A DNA stretch of 64,000 nt from Escherichia coli (lineage in GTDB: Bacteria > Pseudomonadota > Gammaproteobacteria > Enterobacterales > Enterobacteriaceae): assembly GCF_044647545.1 (NCBI RefSeq), contig NZ_CP172818.1; one strand, given 5' to 3'. The notes under the pieces are model-generated. The model was not told where the DNA came from. It made no database searches and worked only from the letters and a program-made list of their open reading frames with translations. Of this stretch, positions 36,445-47,903 are shown piece by piece. The position numbers and the translations under genes were made by a program. Each line of letters opens with the position of its first letter. The first letter of the stretch is position 1.

Positions 36445-37062
36445 ATGACAACCCAGTATGGATTTTTTATTGATTCCAGCCGTTGCACCGGTTGCAAAAC
36501 CTGCGAGCTGGCCTGTAAAGACTACAAAGATTTGACACCAGAAGTCAGTTTCCGCCGCATTTATGAATATGCTGGCGGCGACTGGCAGGAAGATAACGGT
36601 GTCTGGCACCAGAACGTGTTTGCCTACTATCTGTCGATTTCATGTAACCACTGCGAAGATCCGGCTTGTACTAAAGTCTGCCCGAGCGGTGCGATGCATA
36701 AACGTGAAGATGGTTTTGTTGTGGTCGATGAAGATGTGTGCATTGGCTGCCGCTACTGCCATATGGCTTGCCCGTATGGCGCACCGCAATATAACGAAAC
36801 GAAAGGCCATATGACCAAATGCGATGGTTGTTATGACCGTGTTGCGGAGGGGAAAAAGCCGATCTGTGTTGAATCTTGCCCGCTGCGGGCGCTGGATTTC
36901 GGCCCTATCGACGAGCTGCGTAAAAAACATGGCGATCTGGCGGCCGTTGCGCCGTTGCCGCGAGCTCACTTTACCAAACCGAATATTGTGATCAAACCCA
37001 ATGCCAACAGCCGCCCGACCGGGGATACCACTGGCTATCTGGCAAACCCGAAGGAGGTGTGA
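36445..37062 (+). CDS. dmsB: DMSO reductase iron-sulfur subunit B
   Basis: 205-aa ORF with four ferredoxin-type Cys clusters (CTGCKTCELAC, CNHCEDPAC, CIGCRYCHMAC, CDGC...C). Confidence 0.95.
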   Translation: MTTQYGFFIDSSRCTGCKTCELACKDYKDLTPEVSFRRIYEYAGGDWQEDNGVWHQNVFAYYLSISCNHCEDPACTKVCPSGAMHKREDGFVVVDEDVCIGCRYCHMACPYGAPQYNETKGHMTKCDGCYDRVAEGKKPICVESCPLRALDFGPIDELRKKHGDLAAVAPLPRAHFTKPNIVIKPNANSRPTGDTTGYLANPKEV

Positions 37063-37063
37063 G

Positions 37064-37927
37064 ATGGGAAGTGGATGGCATGAATGGCCGCTGATGATCT
37101 TCACGGTCTTCGGGCAATGTGTAGCGGGTGGTTTTATCGTTCTGGCTTTGGCGCTGCTCAAAGGCGACCTGCGAGCAGAAGCCCAGCAGCGTGTTATTGC
37201 CTGCATGTTTGGTTTATGGGTGCTGATGGGCATTGGCTTTATCGCCTCTATGCTTCATCTTGGTTCACCGATGCGCGCCTTTAACTCGCTCAACCGGGTA
37301 GGGGCTTCAGCACTCAGTAACGAAATCGCCAGCGGTTCGATCTTTTTTGCTGTTGGTGGCATCGGCTGGTTACTGGCAATGCTGAAAAAGCTGTCACCGG
37401 CATTGCGTACGCTGTGGCTGGTGGTGACGATGGTTCTTGGCGTCATCTTTGTCTGGATGATGGTGCGTGTGTATAACAGCATTGATACCGTTCCGACCTG
37501 GTACAGCATCTGGACGCCGATGGGCTTCTTCCTGACGATGTTTATGGGCGGCCCGTTACTGGGTTACCTGTTGTTGAGTCTGGCTGGCGTCGATGGCTGG
37601 GCGATGCGTCTGCTGCCAGCAATTTCTGTACTGGCACTGGTAGTGAGTGGCGTGATGTCAGTGATGCAGGGCGCAGAGCTGGCGACTATTCATAGTTCTG
37701 TGCAGCAGGCCGCAGCGCTGGTGCCGGACTATGGTGCGCTGATGTCCTGGCGGATCGTGCTTTTGGCTGTTGCCCTGTGCTTGTGGATTGCACCACAGCT
37801 AAAAGGTTATCAGCCTGCGGTTCCGCTACTTTCCGTATCATTCATTCTGCTTCTGGCAGGGGAATTAATCGGTCGTGGCGTATTCTATGGTTTGCATATG
37901 ACCGTGGGGATGGCCGTCGCAAGCTAA
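37064..37927 (+). CDS. dmsC: DMSO reductase membrane anchor subunit C
   Basis: ORF 37001-37927; start at MGSGWHEWPLMIF (287 aa), 2 bp after dmsB stop; polytopic hydrophobic. Confidence 0.9.
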   Translation: MGSGWHEWPLMIFTVFGQCVAGGFIVLALALLKGDLRAEAQQRVIACMFGLWVLMGIGFIASMLHLGSPMRAFNSLNRVGASALSNEIASGSIFFAVGGIGWLLAMLKKLSPALRTLWLVVTMVLGVIFVWMMVRVYNSIDTVPTWYSIWTPMGFFLTMFMGGPLLGYLLLSLAGVDGWAMRLLPAISVLALVVSGVMSVMQGAELATIHSSVQQAAALVPDYGALMSWRIVLLAVALCLWIAPQLKGYQPAVPLLSVSFILLLAGELIGRGVFYGLHMTVGMAVAS

Positions 37928-37934
37928 TCATAAC

Positions 37935-37968
37935 AACCGGGGTTTCGGCCCCGGTTCTCTTTTATTTC
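37935..37968 (+). terminator. intrinsic terminator after dmsC (overlaps 3' end of convergent ycaC)
   Basis: AACCGGGG-TTTCGG-CCCCGGTT perfect 8-bp stem followed by CTCTTTTATTT. Confidence 0.65.
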
Positions 37969-38588
37969 TGCTTCGTTAACGTGTCATAACTGGTCATCAA
38001 ATTACGATAATCAGGAATATGGTTAGAGAACAACGTCGCCAGTCCTTCAATATCATTACGCCAGTCGCGATGCAGCTCGCACGCCACGCCGAACCATGTC
38101 ATCAATTGCGCACCAGCTTGCGACATGCGATCCCACGCCGAATGCCGGGTAATTTCATTAAAGGTCCCTGACGCGTCAGTCACGACAAAGACGTCAAACC
38201 CTTCTTCAATGGCTGAAAGCGCCGGGAATGCCACGCAAACTTCGGTTACCACACCGGCAATAATTAACTGTTTTTTACCTGTCGCTTTGACAGCTTTTAC
38301 AAAATCTTCGTTATCCCAGGCGTTAATATTTCCCGGGCGAGCAATGTAAGGTGCATCGGGAAACTGTGCTTTCAGTTCTGGAACTAATGGGCCGTTAGGA
38401 CCGGTTTCAAAACTGGTGGTAAGAATAGTAGGTAAGTTGAAATACTTAGCCAGGTCACCCAGCGCCAGCACGTTATTTTTAAACTTATCGGGTTCGATAT
38501 CCCGTACAAGGGAAAGTAAACCAGCCTGGTGATCAACAAGCAAAACGGCAGCATCATTTTTATCAAGACGAACATACGGTTTGGTCAT
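37962..38588 (-). CDS. ycaC: isochorismatase-family hydrolase YcaC
   Basis: 208-aa ORF; cysteine hydrolase family sequence recognised. Confidence 0.85.
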   Translation of the reverse strand: MTKPYVRLDKNDAAVLLVDHQAGLLSLVRDIEPDKFKNNVLALGDLAKYFNLPTILTTSFETGPNGPLVPELKAQFPDAPYIARPGNINAWDNEDFVKAVKATGKKQLIIAGVVTEVCVAFPALSAIEEGFDVFVVTDASGTFNEITRHSAWDRMSQAGAQLMTWFGVACELHRDWRNDIEGLATLFSNHIPDYRNLMTSYDTLTKQK

Positions 38589-38902
38589 CCTCTTCTCCTT
38601 TCGAGAGTCAGTGGTACGTCTGAAATCGGTCAGACGCGATGCATTGCTCTGAAAGCATAGACGGGAAATATGAGTTTGCTGTGACCATGAAATTTTTCGA
38701 CTGAACGAAGCGTATGAAATTTGTGTTAGATCAATAAAAACAATCAGATGAGATTAATCGTCTCTCCAGCATTAGCGTTATGAATGAGTAATATAAATCG
38801 ATAATACCTCCGCTGCGATATGCGCGTATTTTCACCCATTGACAATGTTTTTGGCGGTGGCATGATGCGCATGAAATTTGAACTTCCTCACGGTTTTAAT
38901 TC

Positions 38903-40051
38903 ATGTCCACGTATACCCGGCCTGTCATGCTTTTGCTGTCTGGCCTGCTTTTGTTGACTCTGGCGATCGCAGTGTTAAATACACTCGTGCCGCTTTGGCT
39001 CGCCCAGGAACACATGTCCACATGGCAGGTAGGCGTTGTCAGCTCATCCTATTTTACCGGCAACCTGGTCGGTACATTGCTGACAGGGTATGTCATTAAG
39101 CGCATTGGCTTTAACCGCAGCTATTATCTGGCCTCCTTCATTTTTGCCGCTGGCTGTGCCGGCCTTGGCCTGATGATTGGATTCTGGAGCTGGTTGGCTT
39201 GGCGTTTTGTCGCCGGCGTCGGCTGTGCCATGATTTGGGTGGTTGTTGAGAGCGCGCTGATGTGCAGTGGGACGTCACGTAACCGTGGGCGTTTGCTTGC
39301 TGCGTATATGATGGTTTATTACGTGGGAACGTTTTTAGGCCAGTTACTGGTCAGCAAAGTCTCAACCGAGTTGATGAGTGTATTGCCGTGGGTTACAGGT
39401 TTGACGTTGGCAGGAATCTTACCGCTGTTGTTTACGCGTGTCCTGAATCAGCAGACTGAAAACCATGATTCGACGTCAATTACGTCAATGCTAAAACTCC
39501 GTCAGGCGCGGCTTGGCGTGAATGGCTGCATTATCTCAGGAATCGTTCTGGGATCTCTATATGGCCTGATGCCGCTGTACCTCAATCACAAAGGGGTGAG
39601 CAATGCCAGCATTGGTTTCTGGATGGCGGTACTGGTCAGTGCGGGTATCCTTGGACAATGGCCGATTGGACGTCTGGCGGATAAGTTTGGTCGACTGCTG
39701 GTGTTGCGTGTTCAGGTCTTTGTCGTCATTCTCGGCAGTATCGCGATGCTTAGCCAGGCGGCGATGGCCCCAGCGTTATTCATCCTCGGTGCCGCTGGCT
39801 TTACGCTATATCCGGTGGCGATGGCATGGGCTTGCGAGAAAGTTGAACATCATCAACTGGTGGCGATGAACCAGGCCTTACTGTTGAGCTATACTGTGGG
39901 AAGTCTGCTTGGCCCGTCATTTACTGCCATGCTAATGCAGAATTTCTCCGATAATTTATTGTTTATCATGATCGCCAGCGTATCGTTTATCTATTTGCTG
40001 ATGCTGCTTCGCAACGCCGGTCATACGCCGAAACCCGTTGCTCACGTGTAA
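38903..40051 (+). CDS. ycaD: MFS transporter YcaD
   Basis: 382-aa ORF, 12-TMS-like hydrophobic profile. Confidence 0.85.
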   Translation: MSTYTRPVMLLLSGLLLLTLAIAVLNTLVPLWLAQEHMSTWQVGVVSSSYFTGNLVGTLLTGYVIKRIGFNRSYYLASFIFAAGCAGLGLMIGFWSWLAWRFVAGVGCAMIWVVVESALMCSGTSRNRGRLLAAYMMVYYVGTFLGQLLVSKVSTELMSVLPWVTGLTLAGILPLLFTRVLNQQTENHDSTSITSMLKLRQARLGVNGCIISGIVLGSLYGLMPLYLNHKGVSNASIGFWMAVLVSAGILGQWPIGRLADKFGRLLVLRVQVFVVILGSIAMLSQAAMAPALFILGAAGFTLYPVAMAWACEKVEHHQLVAMNQALLLSYTVGSLLGPSFTAMLMQNFSDNLLFIMIASVSFIYLLMLLRNAGHTPKPVAHV

Positions 40052-40260
40052 ATGAATTCAAGCAGAGTGTGAACTTACTGTTTCACACTCTGCTTTTTTG
40101 TTTCTTCTATCTGACTTGCTTTATTCCAAATTTTATTCGTTTAAAAATAAAATGTGCAGCAGGTTATAATTTTGCATTTCGCTATTTCCGCACTTCTTAT
40201 TTGCCGCGCATAATCCCTCGTTTTACAGATGCCCCTTTAATTTTGGCGAAGGATTTGTCT

Positions 40261-41691
40261 ATGGCTGGGAATGTTCAGGAAAAACAGCTGCGATGGTACA
40301 ACATTGCGCTGATGTCTTTTATCACTGTCTGGGGTTTTGGCAACGTTGTTAATAACTATGCCAACCAGGGGCTGGTGGTTGTTTTTTCATGGGTGTTTAT
40401 CTTTGCGCTCTATTTCACACCTTATGCGCTAATTGTTGGTCAGTTAGGTTCGACCTTCAAAGATGGGAAGGGCGGGGTCAGTACCTGGATTAAACACACG
40501 ATGGGACCCGGACTGGCTTACCTCGCCGCGTGGACCTACTGGGTGGTGCATATTCCCTATCTGGCACAAAAACCCCAGGCAATACTGATTGCGCTCGGTT
40601 GGGCGATGAAAGGCGACGGTTCGCTAATCAAAGAATATTCAGTCGTAGCGTTACAGGGGTTAACGCTGGTGCTGTTTATCTTCTTTATGTGGGTTGCTTC
40701 ACGCGGTATGAAATCGCTGAAAATCGTCGGTTCTGTGGCAGGGATTGCGATGTTTGTTATGTCGCTCCTGTATGTGGCGATGGCGGTAACCGCGCCTGCG
40801 ATTACTGAAGTGCATATTGCGACCACAAACATTACCTGGGAAACGTTCATTCCTCATATCGACTTTACCTACATCACCACTATTTCAATGCTGGTTTTCG
40901 CGGTTGGCGGAGCAGAGAAGATTTCTCCTTACGTTAATCAAACGCGCAACCCAGGAAAAGAATTTCCAAAAGGGATGTTATGCCTGGCGGTGATGGTTGC
41001 GGTTTGTGCCATTCTGGGCTCGCTGGCGATGGGGATGATGTTTGATTCGCGTAATATCCCGGATGACTTAATGACTAACGGTCAGTATTACGCCTTTCAG
41101 AAACTGGGCGAGTATTACAACATGGGTAATACTTTAATGGTGATTTACGCCATTGCGAATACCCTGGGACAAGTAGCTGCGCTGGTATTCTCGATTGATG
41201 CCCCGCTTAAAGTGCTATTAGGTGATGCTGACAGCAAATATATTCCAGCCAGTCTATGTCGTACCAACGCTTCTGGTACGCCCGTTAATGGCTATTTTCT
41301 GACCCTGGTGCTGGTGGCAATTCTGATTATGCTGCCGACTCTCGGCATCGGTGATATGAACAATCTCTATAAATGGCTGTTGAATCTTAACTCGGTAGTG
41401 ATGCCGCTGCGTTATTTATGGGTATTTGTTGCATTTATTGCAGTCATTCGCCTGGCGCAGAAATATAAGCCGGAATATGTCTTTATTCGTAATAAGTCTC
41501 TGGCAATGACCGTCGGGATTTGGTGTTTTGCCTTTACCGCTTTTGCCTGCCTGACGGGGATTTTCCCGAAAATGGAAGCCTTCACCGCAGAGTGGACCTT
41601 CCAGTTGGCGCTGAATGTTGCAACGCCGTTTGTGCTGGTTGGATTAGGACTGATATTCCCGCTGCTGGCGCGTAAAGCGAATAGTAAATAA
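40261..41691 (+). CDS. ycaM: APC-superfamily amino-acid transporter YcaM
   Basis: ORF 40069-41691; start placed at MAGNVQEKQLRWYNIALMSF (476 aa) because the upstream in-frame stretch is AT-rich and promoter-like. Confidence 0.8.
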   Translation: MAGNVQEKQLRWYNIALMSFITVWGFGNVVNNYANQGLVVVFSWVFIFALYFTPYALIVGQLGSTFKDGKGGVSTWIKHTMGPGLAYLAAWTYWVVHIPYLAQKPQAILIALGWAMKGDGSLIKEYSVVALQGLTLVLFIFFMWVASRGMKSLKIVGSVAGIAMFVMSLLYVAMAVTAPAITEVHIATTNITWETFIPHIDFTYITTISMLVFAVGGAEKISPYVNQTRNPGKEFPKGMLCLAVMVAVCAILGSLAMGMMFDSRNIPDDLMTNGQYYAFQKLGEYYNMGNTLMVIYAIANTLGQVAALVFSIDAPLKVLLGDADSKYIPASLCRTNASGTPVNGYFLTLVLVAILIMLPTLGIGDMNNLYKWLLNLNSVVMPLRYLWVFVAFIAVIRLAQKYKPEYVFIRNKSLAMTVGIWCFAFTAFACLTGIFPKMEAFTAEWTFQLALNVATPFVLVGLGLIFPLLARKANSK

Positions 41692-42600
41692 TTATTGTGG
41701 TCGGTGACGCTGACTCTGGCAGATCTGACCCGTTTTTACATAATCGAGAAATGCGCGCAAGCCGCAGGACATATACTGGCGGTTTGGATAATAGATCTGG
41801 AAGCCTGGACGCTCTGTGATCCAGTCTTCCAGTACACATTCTAAACGACCGGTATCAAGGTACTCCTTGATCTGTTCATAGAGCAAATACCCGATACCAG
41901 CACCCATCAAAACGGCATCCAGTTCAGCATCAACATCATCCAGAATGATATTTCCTGCGACAGCAATTTCCAGCTCCTTTGCAAATTGCCAGTGGAAAGG
42001 TTTGCCGCTGGGATAACGAAAAACGACACATTGATGATTAAGCAGATCATGAGGATGGCGGGGTTTGCCATATCTTGCAAAGTACTCTGGCGTTGCTGCT
42101 ACACATAATTTCACTGGTGGGCCGATCGCCACGCTGATCATATCTTTTTCGACGATGCCACTAAGTCGAACGCCAGCGTCAAAGCCCTGCTGGACGATAT
42201 CAACAAGAGAGTCGTCAGTTGTGAGCTCGACTTTAATATCAGGATATTCACGTGTGAAACCAACCAGTAAAGGCATTAAAAATATACGTGCAGCTACCCG
42301 GGCGGCATTGATTTTGAGCGTACCTGTCGGTGTCAGACGAAAATCATTCATCTCATCTAACATGATCTGAATTTCGTCGAAAGCTGGGCGCAATCGTTCA
42401 TAGAGATTAGAACCCGCTTCCGTTAACGATACGCTTCGGGTTGTCCGATTGAATAAGCGAATTTTAAGACGTTGTTCCAGTGTTTTAATACTATGGCTAA
42501 TGGCGGACGAGGATAAGCCTAACTCATCGCCCGCTGCACGAAAGCTTTGATTACGGGCCACAGCAAAGAAAGTGGCAAAGTCAGACATATTCATCCGCAT
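41692..42600 (-). CDS. ycaN: LysR-family transcriptional regulator YcaN
   Basis: 302-aa ORF; N-terminal HTH plus LysR substrate-binding domain; divergent from ycaK. Confidence 0.85.
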   Translation of the reverse strand: MRMNMSDFATFFAVARNQSFRAAGDELGLSSSAISHSIKTLEQRLKIRLFNRTTRSVSLTEAGSNLYERLRPAFDEIQIMLDEMNDFRLTPTGTLKINAARVAARIFLMPLLVGFTREYPDIKVELTTDDSLVDIVQQGFDAGVRLSGIVEKDMISVAIGPPVKLCVAATPEYFARYGKPRHPHDLLNHQCVVFRYPSGKPFHWQFAKELEIAVAGNIILDDVDAELDAVLMGAGIGYLLYEQIKEYLDTGRLECVLEDWITERPGFQIYYPNRQYMSCGLRAFLDYVKTGQICQSQRHRPQ

Positions 42601-42699
42601 TAGTGAAAATCCTTCATTAACTCATCCTGAATCATCACGTTTACAGGATGATGCCGCCTGCGTAAAGTGCGCTCCAGAACTTAACGTGGAGGTAAAATT

Positions 42700-43290
42700 A
42701 TGCAGTCTGAACGTATTTATTTGGTATGGGCCCATCCTCGTCATGATTCATTGACCGCACATATTGCTGATGCGATCCATCAGCGGGCAATGGAGCGGAA
42801 AATACAGGTGACGGAACTCGATTTATATCGGCGTAATTTCAACCCGGTGATGACGCCGGAAGATGAACCAGACTGGAAGAATATGGATAAACGTTATTCT
42901 CCAGAGGTTCATCAGCTTTATTCAGAGCTGCTTGAACATGACACGTTAGTGGTGGTTTTTCCTCTCTGGTGGTACAGCTTCCCGGCAATGCTAAAAGGAT
43001 ATATTGACAGAGTATGGAATAATGGTCTGGCTTATGGAGAGGGGCATAAATTACCATTCAATAAAGTTCGTTGGGTGGCGTTGGTAGGGGGAGACAAAGA
43101 GTCATTTGTCCAGATGGGCTGGGGAAAAAATATAAGCGATTATTTGAAAAATATGTGCAGTTATCTTGGTATTGAAGATGCCGATGTCACTTTCTTGTGT
43201 AATACAGTGGTATTCGATGGGGAAGAACTTCACGCGAGCTATTATCAGTCGTTATTATCTCAGGTACGGGATATGGTAGATGCACTATAA
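42700..43290 (+). CDS. ycaK: flavodoxin-like NAD(P)H oxidoreductase YcaK
   Basis: 196-aa ORF; flavodoxin-2 fold sequence recognised. Confidence 0.85.
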   Translation: MQSERIYLVWAHPRHDSLTAHIADAIHQRAMERKIQVTELDLYRRNFNPVMTPEDEPDWKNMDKRYSPEVHQLYSELLEHDTLVVVFPLWWYSFPAMLKGYIDRVWNNGLAYGEGHKLPFNKVRWVALVGGDKESFVQMGWGKNISDYLKNMCSYLGIEDADVTFLCNTVVFDGEELHASYYQSLLSQVRDMVDAL

Positions 43291-43332
43291 GATGTATTAA
43301 AAACGCTGTAGCAGAATGAAGCGCGGAATAAC

Positions 43333-43362
43333 AAAGCGGCAACTCAATAAAGTTGCCGCTTT
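43333..43362. terminator. bidirectional intrinsic terminator between convergent ycaK and pflA
   Basis: AAAGCGGCAACT-CAATAA-AGTTGCCGCTTT: perfect 9-bp stem flanked by A run and T run. Confidence 0.7.
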
Positions 43363-43371
43363 ACGGGGAAA

Positions 43372-44112
43372 TTAGAACATTACCTTATGACCGTACTGCT
43401 CAAGAATGCCTTTCACGCGTTCCATGGTCTCTTTCTTCGGTGGTTTAACACCATCAAGTTTGTATTCTTCACCCATCGCCACCCATTTGTGTTTGCCCAG
43501 CTCGTGGTAGGGGAGAAGCTCGATTTTCTCAACGTTGCCCATATCACGGGTAAATTCACCGAGGCGATGCGCTGAATCGTCATCGTCAGACCAGCCTGGG
43601 ACAACAACGTAGCGGATCCACACCTTCACATTTTTATTCGCCAGATATTTAGCAAACTCCAGCGTGCGGTGGTTGGAAACTCCAACCAGATTTTGGTGGA
43701 TCTCGTCGTTCATCTGTTTGAGATCGAGCATTACCAGGTCGGTTACTTCCAGCAGTTCATCAATCACCGGATCGTAACGACGAACAAAACCGTTGGTGTC
43801 CAGACAGGTATGAATGCCTTCTTTTTTGCAGGCGCGGAACCAGTCACGAACAAACTCAGCTTGTAGGATTGCCTCACCGCCGGATGCGGTAACGCCGCCG
43901 CCGGAAGCGTTCATAAAGTGGCGATAGGTCACCACTTCCTTCATCAAATCTTCAACGGTAACTTCTTTACCGCCATGCGTATCCCAGGTGTCGCGGTTAT
44001 GACAATACAGGCAGCGCATCAGGCAGCCCTGGAAAAAGGTGATAAAGCGAATACCCGGGCCGTCTACGGTTCCACAGGATTCAAAGGAGTGAATGCGACC
44101 AATAACTGACAT
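43372..44112 (-). CDS. pflA: pyruvate formate-lyase activating enzyme (radical SAM)
   Basis: ORF 43372-44139; start at [15 protein letters not shown] (246 aa); radical-SAM CxxxCxxC in [10 protein letters not shown]. Confidence 0.93.
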   Translation of the reverse strand: MSVIGRIHSFESCGTVDGPGIRFITFFQGCLMRCLYCHNRDTWDTHGGKEVTVEDLMKEVVTYRHFMNASGGGVTASGGEAILQAEFVRDWFRACKKEGIHTCLDTNGFVRRYDPVIDELLEVTDLVMLDLKQMNDEIHQNLVGVSNHRTLEFAKYLANKNVKVWIRYVVVPGWSDDDDSAHRLGEFTRDMGNVEKIELLPYHELGKHKWVAMGEEYKLDGVKPPKKETMERVKGILEQYGHKVMF

Positions 44113-44234
44113 TGCGGTGTTTCTCCAGATGTGGCCCATCTGAGGCCGTGTTGGTGCGCAGCTCGAAGGCTACGTCGAGTCTGTTTTGGCAGTCACCTTA
44201 AAGTATAGATAGCTGACAAAAAAGGCTCTCGTGC

Positions 44235-44260
44235 TAAAAAAGGCCCCACTTTCGTGGAGC
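44235..44260 (-). terminator. intrinsic terminator of pflB
   Basis: Minus-strand hairpin GGCUCCAC-GAAA-GUGGGGCC (one G-U pair) followed by UUUUUU. Confidence 0.7.
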
Positions 44261-44303
44261 CTTTATTGTACGCTTTTTACTGTACGATTTCAGTCAAAAC
44301 TAA

Positions 44304-46586
44304 TTACATAGATTGAGTGAAGGTACGAGTAATAACGTCCTGCTGCTGTTCTTTAGTCAGCGAGTTGAAACGTACTGCGTAGCCAGATACACGGATGGTC
44401 AGCTGCGGATATTTTTCCGGGTTTTCCATCGCGTCGAGCAGCATTTCACGGTTCATCACGTTAACGTTCAGGTGCTGACCACCTTCGATGGATGCTTCGT
44501 GGTGGAAGTAACCATCCATCAGACCAGCCAGGTTGGTCTTACGAACTTCGTCGTCTTTACCCAGTGCGTTCGGAACGATAGAGAAGGTGTAGGAGATACC
44601 ATCTTTAGCGTAAGCAAACGGCAGTTTAGCAACGGAAGTCAGAGAGGCTACAGCACCTTTCTGGTCACGACCGTGCATCGGGTTAGCACCCGGTCCGAAC
44701 GGCGCGCCAGCACGACGACCGTCTGGGGTGTTACCAGTTTTCTTACCATACACAACGTTAGAAGTGATGGTCAGAACAGACTGAGTCGGGATTGCGTCAC
44801 GGTAGGTGTGCAGTTTCTGAATTTTCTTCATGAAACGTTCTACCAGGTCAACAGCCAGGTCATCTACACGCGGATCGTTGTTACCAAACTGCGGGTATTC
44901 GCCTTCGATTTCGAAGTCGATAGCCAGACCGTCTTCGTCACGAATCGGTTTAACTTTCGCATATTTGATTGCAGACAGGGAGTCTGCAGCAACGGACAGA
45001 CCAGCGATACCACACGCCATGGTGCGGATAACGTCACGGTCGTGCAGCGCCATCAGAGAGGCTTCGTAGCTGTACTTGTCGTGCATGTAGTGGATGATGT
45101 TCAGTGCAGTGATGTACTGTTTAGCCAGCCAGTCCATGAAGTGATCCATGCGCTCCATCACTTCATCGTAGTTCAGGAGATCGCCTTTGATCGGTTCAGA
45201 CTTCGGACCAACCTGCATTTTCAGTTTTTCGTCAACGCCGCCGTTGATTGCGTACAGCATGGTTTTCGCCAGGTTTGCACGCGCACCGAAGAACTGCATT
45301 TGTTTACCAACGATCATCGGGCTTACGCAGCAAGCAATAGCGTAGTCATCGTTGTTGAAGTCCGGACGCATCAGGTCATCGTTCTCATACTGCAGAGAAG
45401 AGGTGTCGATGGACACTTTAGCGGCGAATTTCTTGAAGTTCAGCGGCAGTTTTTCAGACCACAGAATGGTCATGTTCGGTTCCGGAGACGGACCCATGGT
45501 GTACAGGGTGTTCAGGAAACGGAAGCTGTTTTTGGTAACCAGGGTACGACCGTCGAGGCCCATACCACCGATAGATTCGGTTGCCCAGATCGGGTCGCCA
45601 GAGAACAGTTCATCGTATTCCGGAGTACGCAGGAAGCGAACCATACGCAGTTTCATGACCAGGTGGTCAACCATTTCCTGCGCTTCTTGTTCGGTGATCT
45701 TGCCAGCTTTCAGGTCACGTTCGATGTACACATCCAGGAAGGTGGAGGTACGACCGAAGGACATTGCAGCACCGTTCTGAGACTTAACAGCAGCCAGGTA
45801 GCCGAAGTAAGTCCACTGGATAGCTTCCTGAGCGTTGGTAGCCGGACCAGAGATGTCGTAGCCGTATTTCGCAGCCATTTCTTTCATCTGACCCAGAGCG
45901 CGGTGCTGTTCAGCGATTTCTTCGCGCAGACGGATAGTCTGTTCCAGGTTTACGCCGTTTTCCAGATCAGCCTGCAGAGAAGTGAACTGTGCCAGTTTGT
46001 CTTTCATCAGGTAGTCGATACCGTACAGCGCAACGCGACGGTAGTCACCGATGATACGACCACGGCCATATGCATCTGGCAGACCGGTCAGAACACCAGA
46101 TTTACGGCAACGCAGGATGTCCGGAGTGTAAACGTCGAACACGCCCTGGTTGTGAGTTTTACGGTATTCAGTGAAGATTTTTTTGATCATCGGATCCAGT
46201 TCGCGGTTGTACGCTTTGCAGGAACCTTCGATCATTTTGATACCACCGAACGGGATAAGAGCACGTTTCAGCGGAGCTTCAGTCTGCAGACCAACGATTT
46301 TCTCAAGCTGCTTGTTGATGTAGCCAGCGTCGTGAGAGGTGATGGTGGAAGCAACAGCGGTGTCAAAGTCAACTGGCGCGTGAGTGCGGTTTTCCAGTTT
46401 AACGCCTTCCATTACTTTGTCCCACAGGGTGGTGGTCGCTTCAGTAGCGCCAGCCAGGAAGGACTCGTCACCCTCGTACGGAGTGTAGTTTTTCTGAATG
46501 AAGTCACGGACGTTTACTTCATTCTGCCAGTCACCTTTGGTAAAACCTTCCCAGGCTGTGGCTAACTTTTCATTAAGCTCGGACAT
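44304..46586 (-). CDS. pflB: pyruvate formate-lyase (glycyl radical enzyme)
   Basis: 760-aa ORF; C-terminal glycyl-radical motif RVSGYAVRF; recognised sequence. Confidence 0.97.
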   Translation of the reverse strand: MSELNEKLATAWEGFTKGDWQNEVNVRDFIQKNYTPYEGDESFLAGATEATTTLWDKVMEGVKLENRTHAPVDFDTAVASTITSHDAGYINKQLEKIVGLQTEAPLKRALIPFGGIKMIEGSCKAYNRELDPMIKKIFTEYRKTHNQGVFDVYTPDILRCRKSGVLTGLPDAYGRGRIIGDYRRVALYGIDYLMKDKLAQFTSLQADLENGVNLEQTIRLREEIAEQHRALGQMKEMAAKYGYDISGPATNAQEAIQWTYFGYLAAVKSQNGAAMSFGRTSTFLDVYIERDLKAGKITEQEAQEMVDHLVMKLRMVRFLRTPEYDELFSGDPIWATESIGGMGLDGRTLVTKNSFRFLNTLYTMGPSPEPNMTILWSEKLPLNFKKFAAKVSIDTSSLQYENDDLMRPDFNNDDYAIACCVSPMIVGKQMQFFGARANLAKTMLYAINGGVDEKLKMQVGPKSEPIKGDLLNYDEVMERMDHFMDWLAKQYITALNIIHYMHDKYSYEASLMALHDRDVIRTMACGIAGLSVAADSLSAIKYAKVKPIRDEDGLAIDFEIEGEYPQFGNNDPRVDDLAVDLVERFMKKIQKLHTYRDAIPTQSVLTITSNVVYGKKTGNTPDGRRAGAPFGPGANPMHGRDQKGAVASLTSVAKLPFAYAKDGISYTFSIVPNALGKDDEVRKTNLAGLMDGYFHHEASIEGGQHLNVNVMNREMLLDAMENPEKYPQLTIRVSGYAVRFNSLTKEQQQDVITRTFTQSM

Positions 46587-46640
46587 GTAACACCTACCTT
46601 CTTAAGTGGATTTTTTATTTACTGCGTACTTCGACAACCA

Positions 46641-47498
46641 TTAATGGTGGTCGTTTTCACGCAGGTAAATGACCCAGTATGTCAACCCAACCAACAAACC
46701 ACCACCGATAATGTTGCCGATCGTAACCGGAATCAGGTTATCAGTGATGAAATTCATCACGGTCAGGTGAGAAAAATTTTCCGGTGCTGAACCGACTGCG
46801 GTCCAAAATTCCGGGGATGCGAAGTCGCGGATTACAATACCCATCGGGATCATAAACATGTTTGCGATACTGTGCTCAAAACCGCTGGCAACAAACATCG
46901 CGACCGGCAACACCATAATGAACGCTTTATCCATCAGGCTGCGGCCAGAATAACTCATCCATACTGCCAGACATACCATCAGGTTTGCCAGGATACCAAG
47001 GCAGACGGCCTCAATAAAAGTATGGTGCACTTTGTGGTCGGCGGTTTGTAGGACGTTTAGTCCCCATTGACCATTCGCGGTCATATACTCGCCGGAAAGC
47101 CACATTAAAAGTACAAACAGCAGTGCGCCGACCAGGTTGCCAAAATAGACATTTAGCCAGTTTTTCGCCAACTGACCCCAGGTGATGCGCCCACTCGCCT
47201 TAGCAACAACAATCAACACTGTGGAAGTAAAGAGATCGGCTCCGCAGACAACACAAAGAATCAGCCCCAGAGAGAAGCAAATGCCGCCAACCAGTTTTGC
47301 CATGCCGAAGGGCATTGTTCCTGTGCCAGTGGTTGCTGTGATATAGAAGACGAATGCGATTGAGATGAAAACACCGGCGGTAATCGCCAGATAGAAAGTC
47401 TTAAGCGGATGTTTCGTTGCTTTATAGACACCTGCCTCTTCGGCCACTTTGGCCATTGCTGCAGGAAGTAAAAGATCAAAAGGGTTGTCAGCTTTCAC
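46641..47498 (-). CDS. focA: formate channel FocA (FNT family)
   Basis: ORF 46641-47837; start placed at GTG (VKADNPFDLLLPAAMAK) for 285 aa. Confidence 0.85.
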   Translation of the reverse strand: MKADNPFDLLLPAAMAKVAEEAGVYKATKHPLKTFYLAITAGVFISIAFVFYITATTGTGTMPFGMAKLVGGICFSLGLILCVVCGADLFTSTVLIVVAKASGRITWGQLAKNWLNVYFGNLVGALLFVLLMWLSGEYMTANGQWGLNVLQTADHKVHHTFIEAVCLGILANLMVCLAVWMSYSGRSLMDKAFIMVLPVAMFVASGFEHSIANMFMIPMGIVIRDFASPEFWTAVGSAPENFSHLTVMNFITDNLIPVTIGNIIGGGLLVGLTYWVIYLRENDHH

Positions 47499-47558
47499 AC
47501 TAACTCTCTCTTTATTAAGTCGGCGACGAGATACTAACAAAGCATTATAGATGAGAAA

Positions 47559-47572
47559 TTGATATAGATCAT
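47559..47572. promoter_or_regulatory. FNR-like palindrome TTGATATAGATCAT in the focA-pflB promoter region
   Basis: TTGAT-N4-ATCAT, 9 of 10 match to FNR consensus; about 60 bp upstream of focA start in a 400-bp AT-rich leader. Confidence 0.5.
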
Positions 47573-47903
47573 ATCTCGCCTGGCTTATAGGCCCGTAACT
47601 CGCATGGTTTTTATGCAAATACGGAGTAAATGTTTGATTATCCAAATAAAAATAAATTTTAAAAATTAACAAATGAGTTGAATTTTTTCCGCATCCTCCG
47701 CTAAAACAGTTAATTAAAAGGGAGCACCAGGCGAATAAAGTAACAATATCGATCGTATTTATTAAATATAAATTACCGATATTTAACTTTATAATTACAA
47801 TTATTTTGTTAATGCAAATATATGTAAAGCGGGGCATTAAAAAAACGCCCCGTAATATAACTCAGACGAATCATTAAGCCTACATTGCGTAGGCTATTTG
47901 ATT

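Noticed and set aside
40069-40260. 64-codon in-frame N-terminal extension of ycaM in the ORF track
   Set aside because: The extension is AT-rich and promoter-like with a hydrophobic, low-complexity translation; the conserved transporter sequence begins at the Met at 40261.
47499-47837. 113-codon N-terminal extension of focA in the ORF track
   Set aside because: Extension runs through the AT-rich, FNR-site-containing promoter/leader region; the conserved FocA N-terminus starts at the GTG at 47498.
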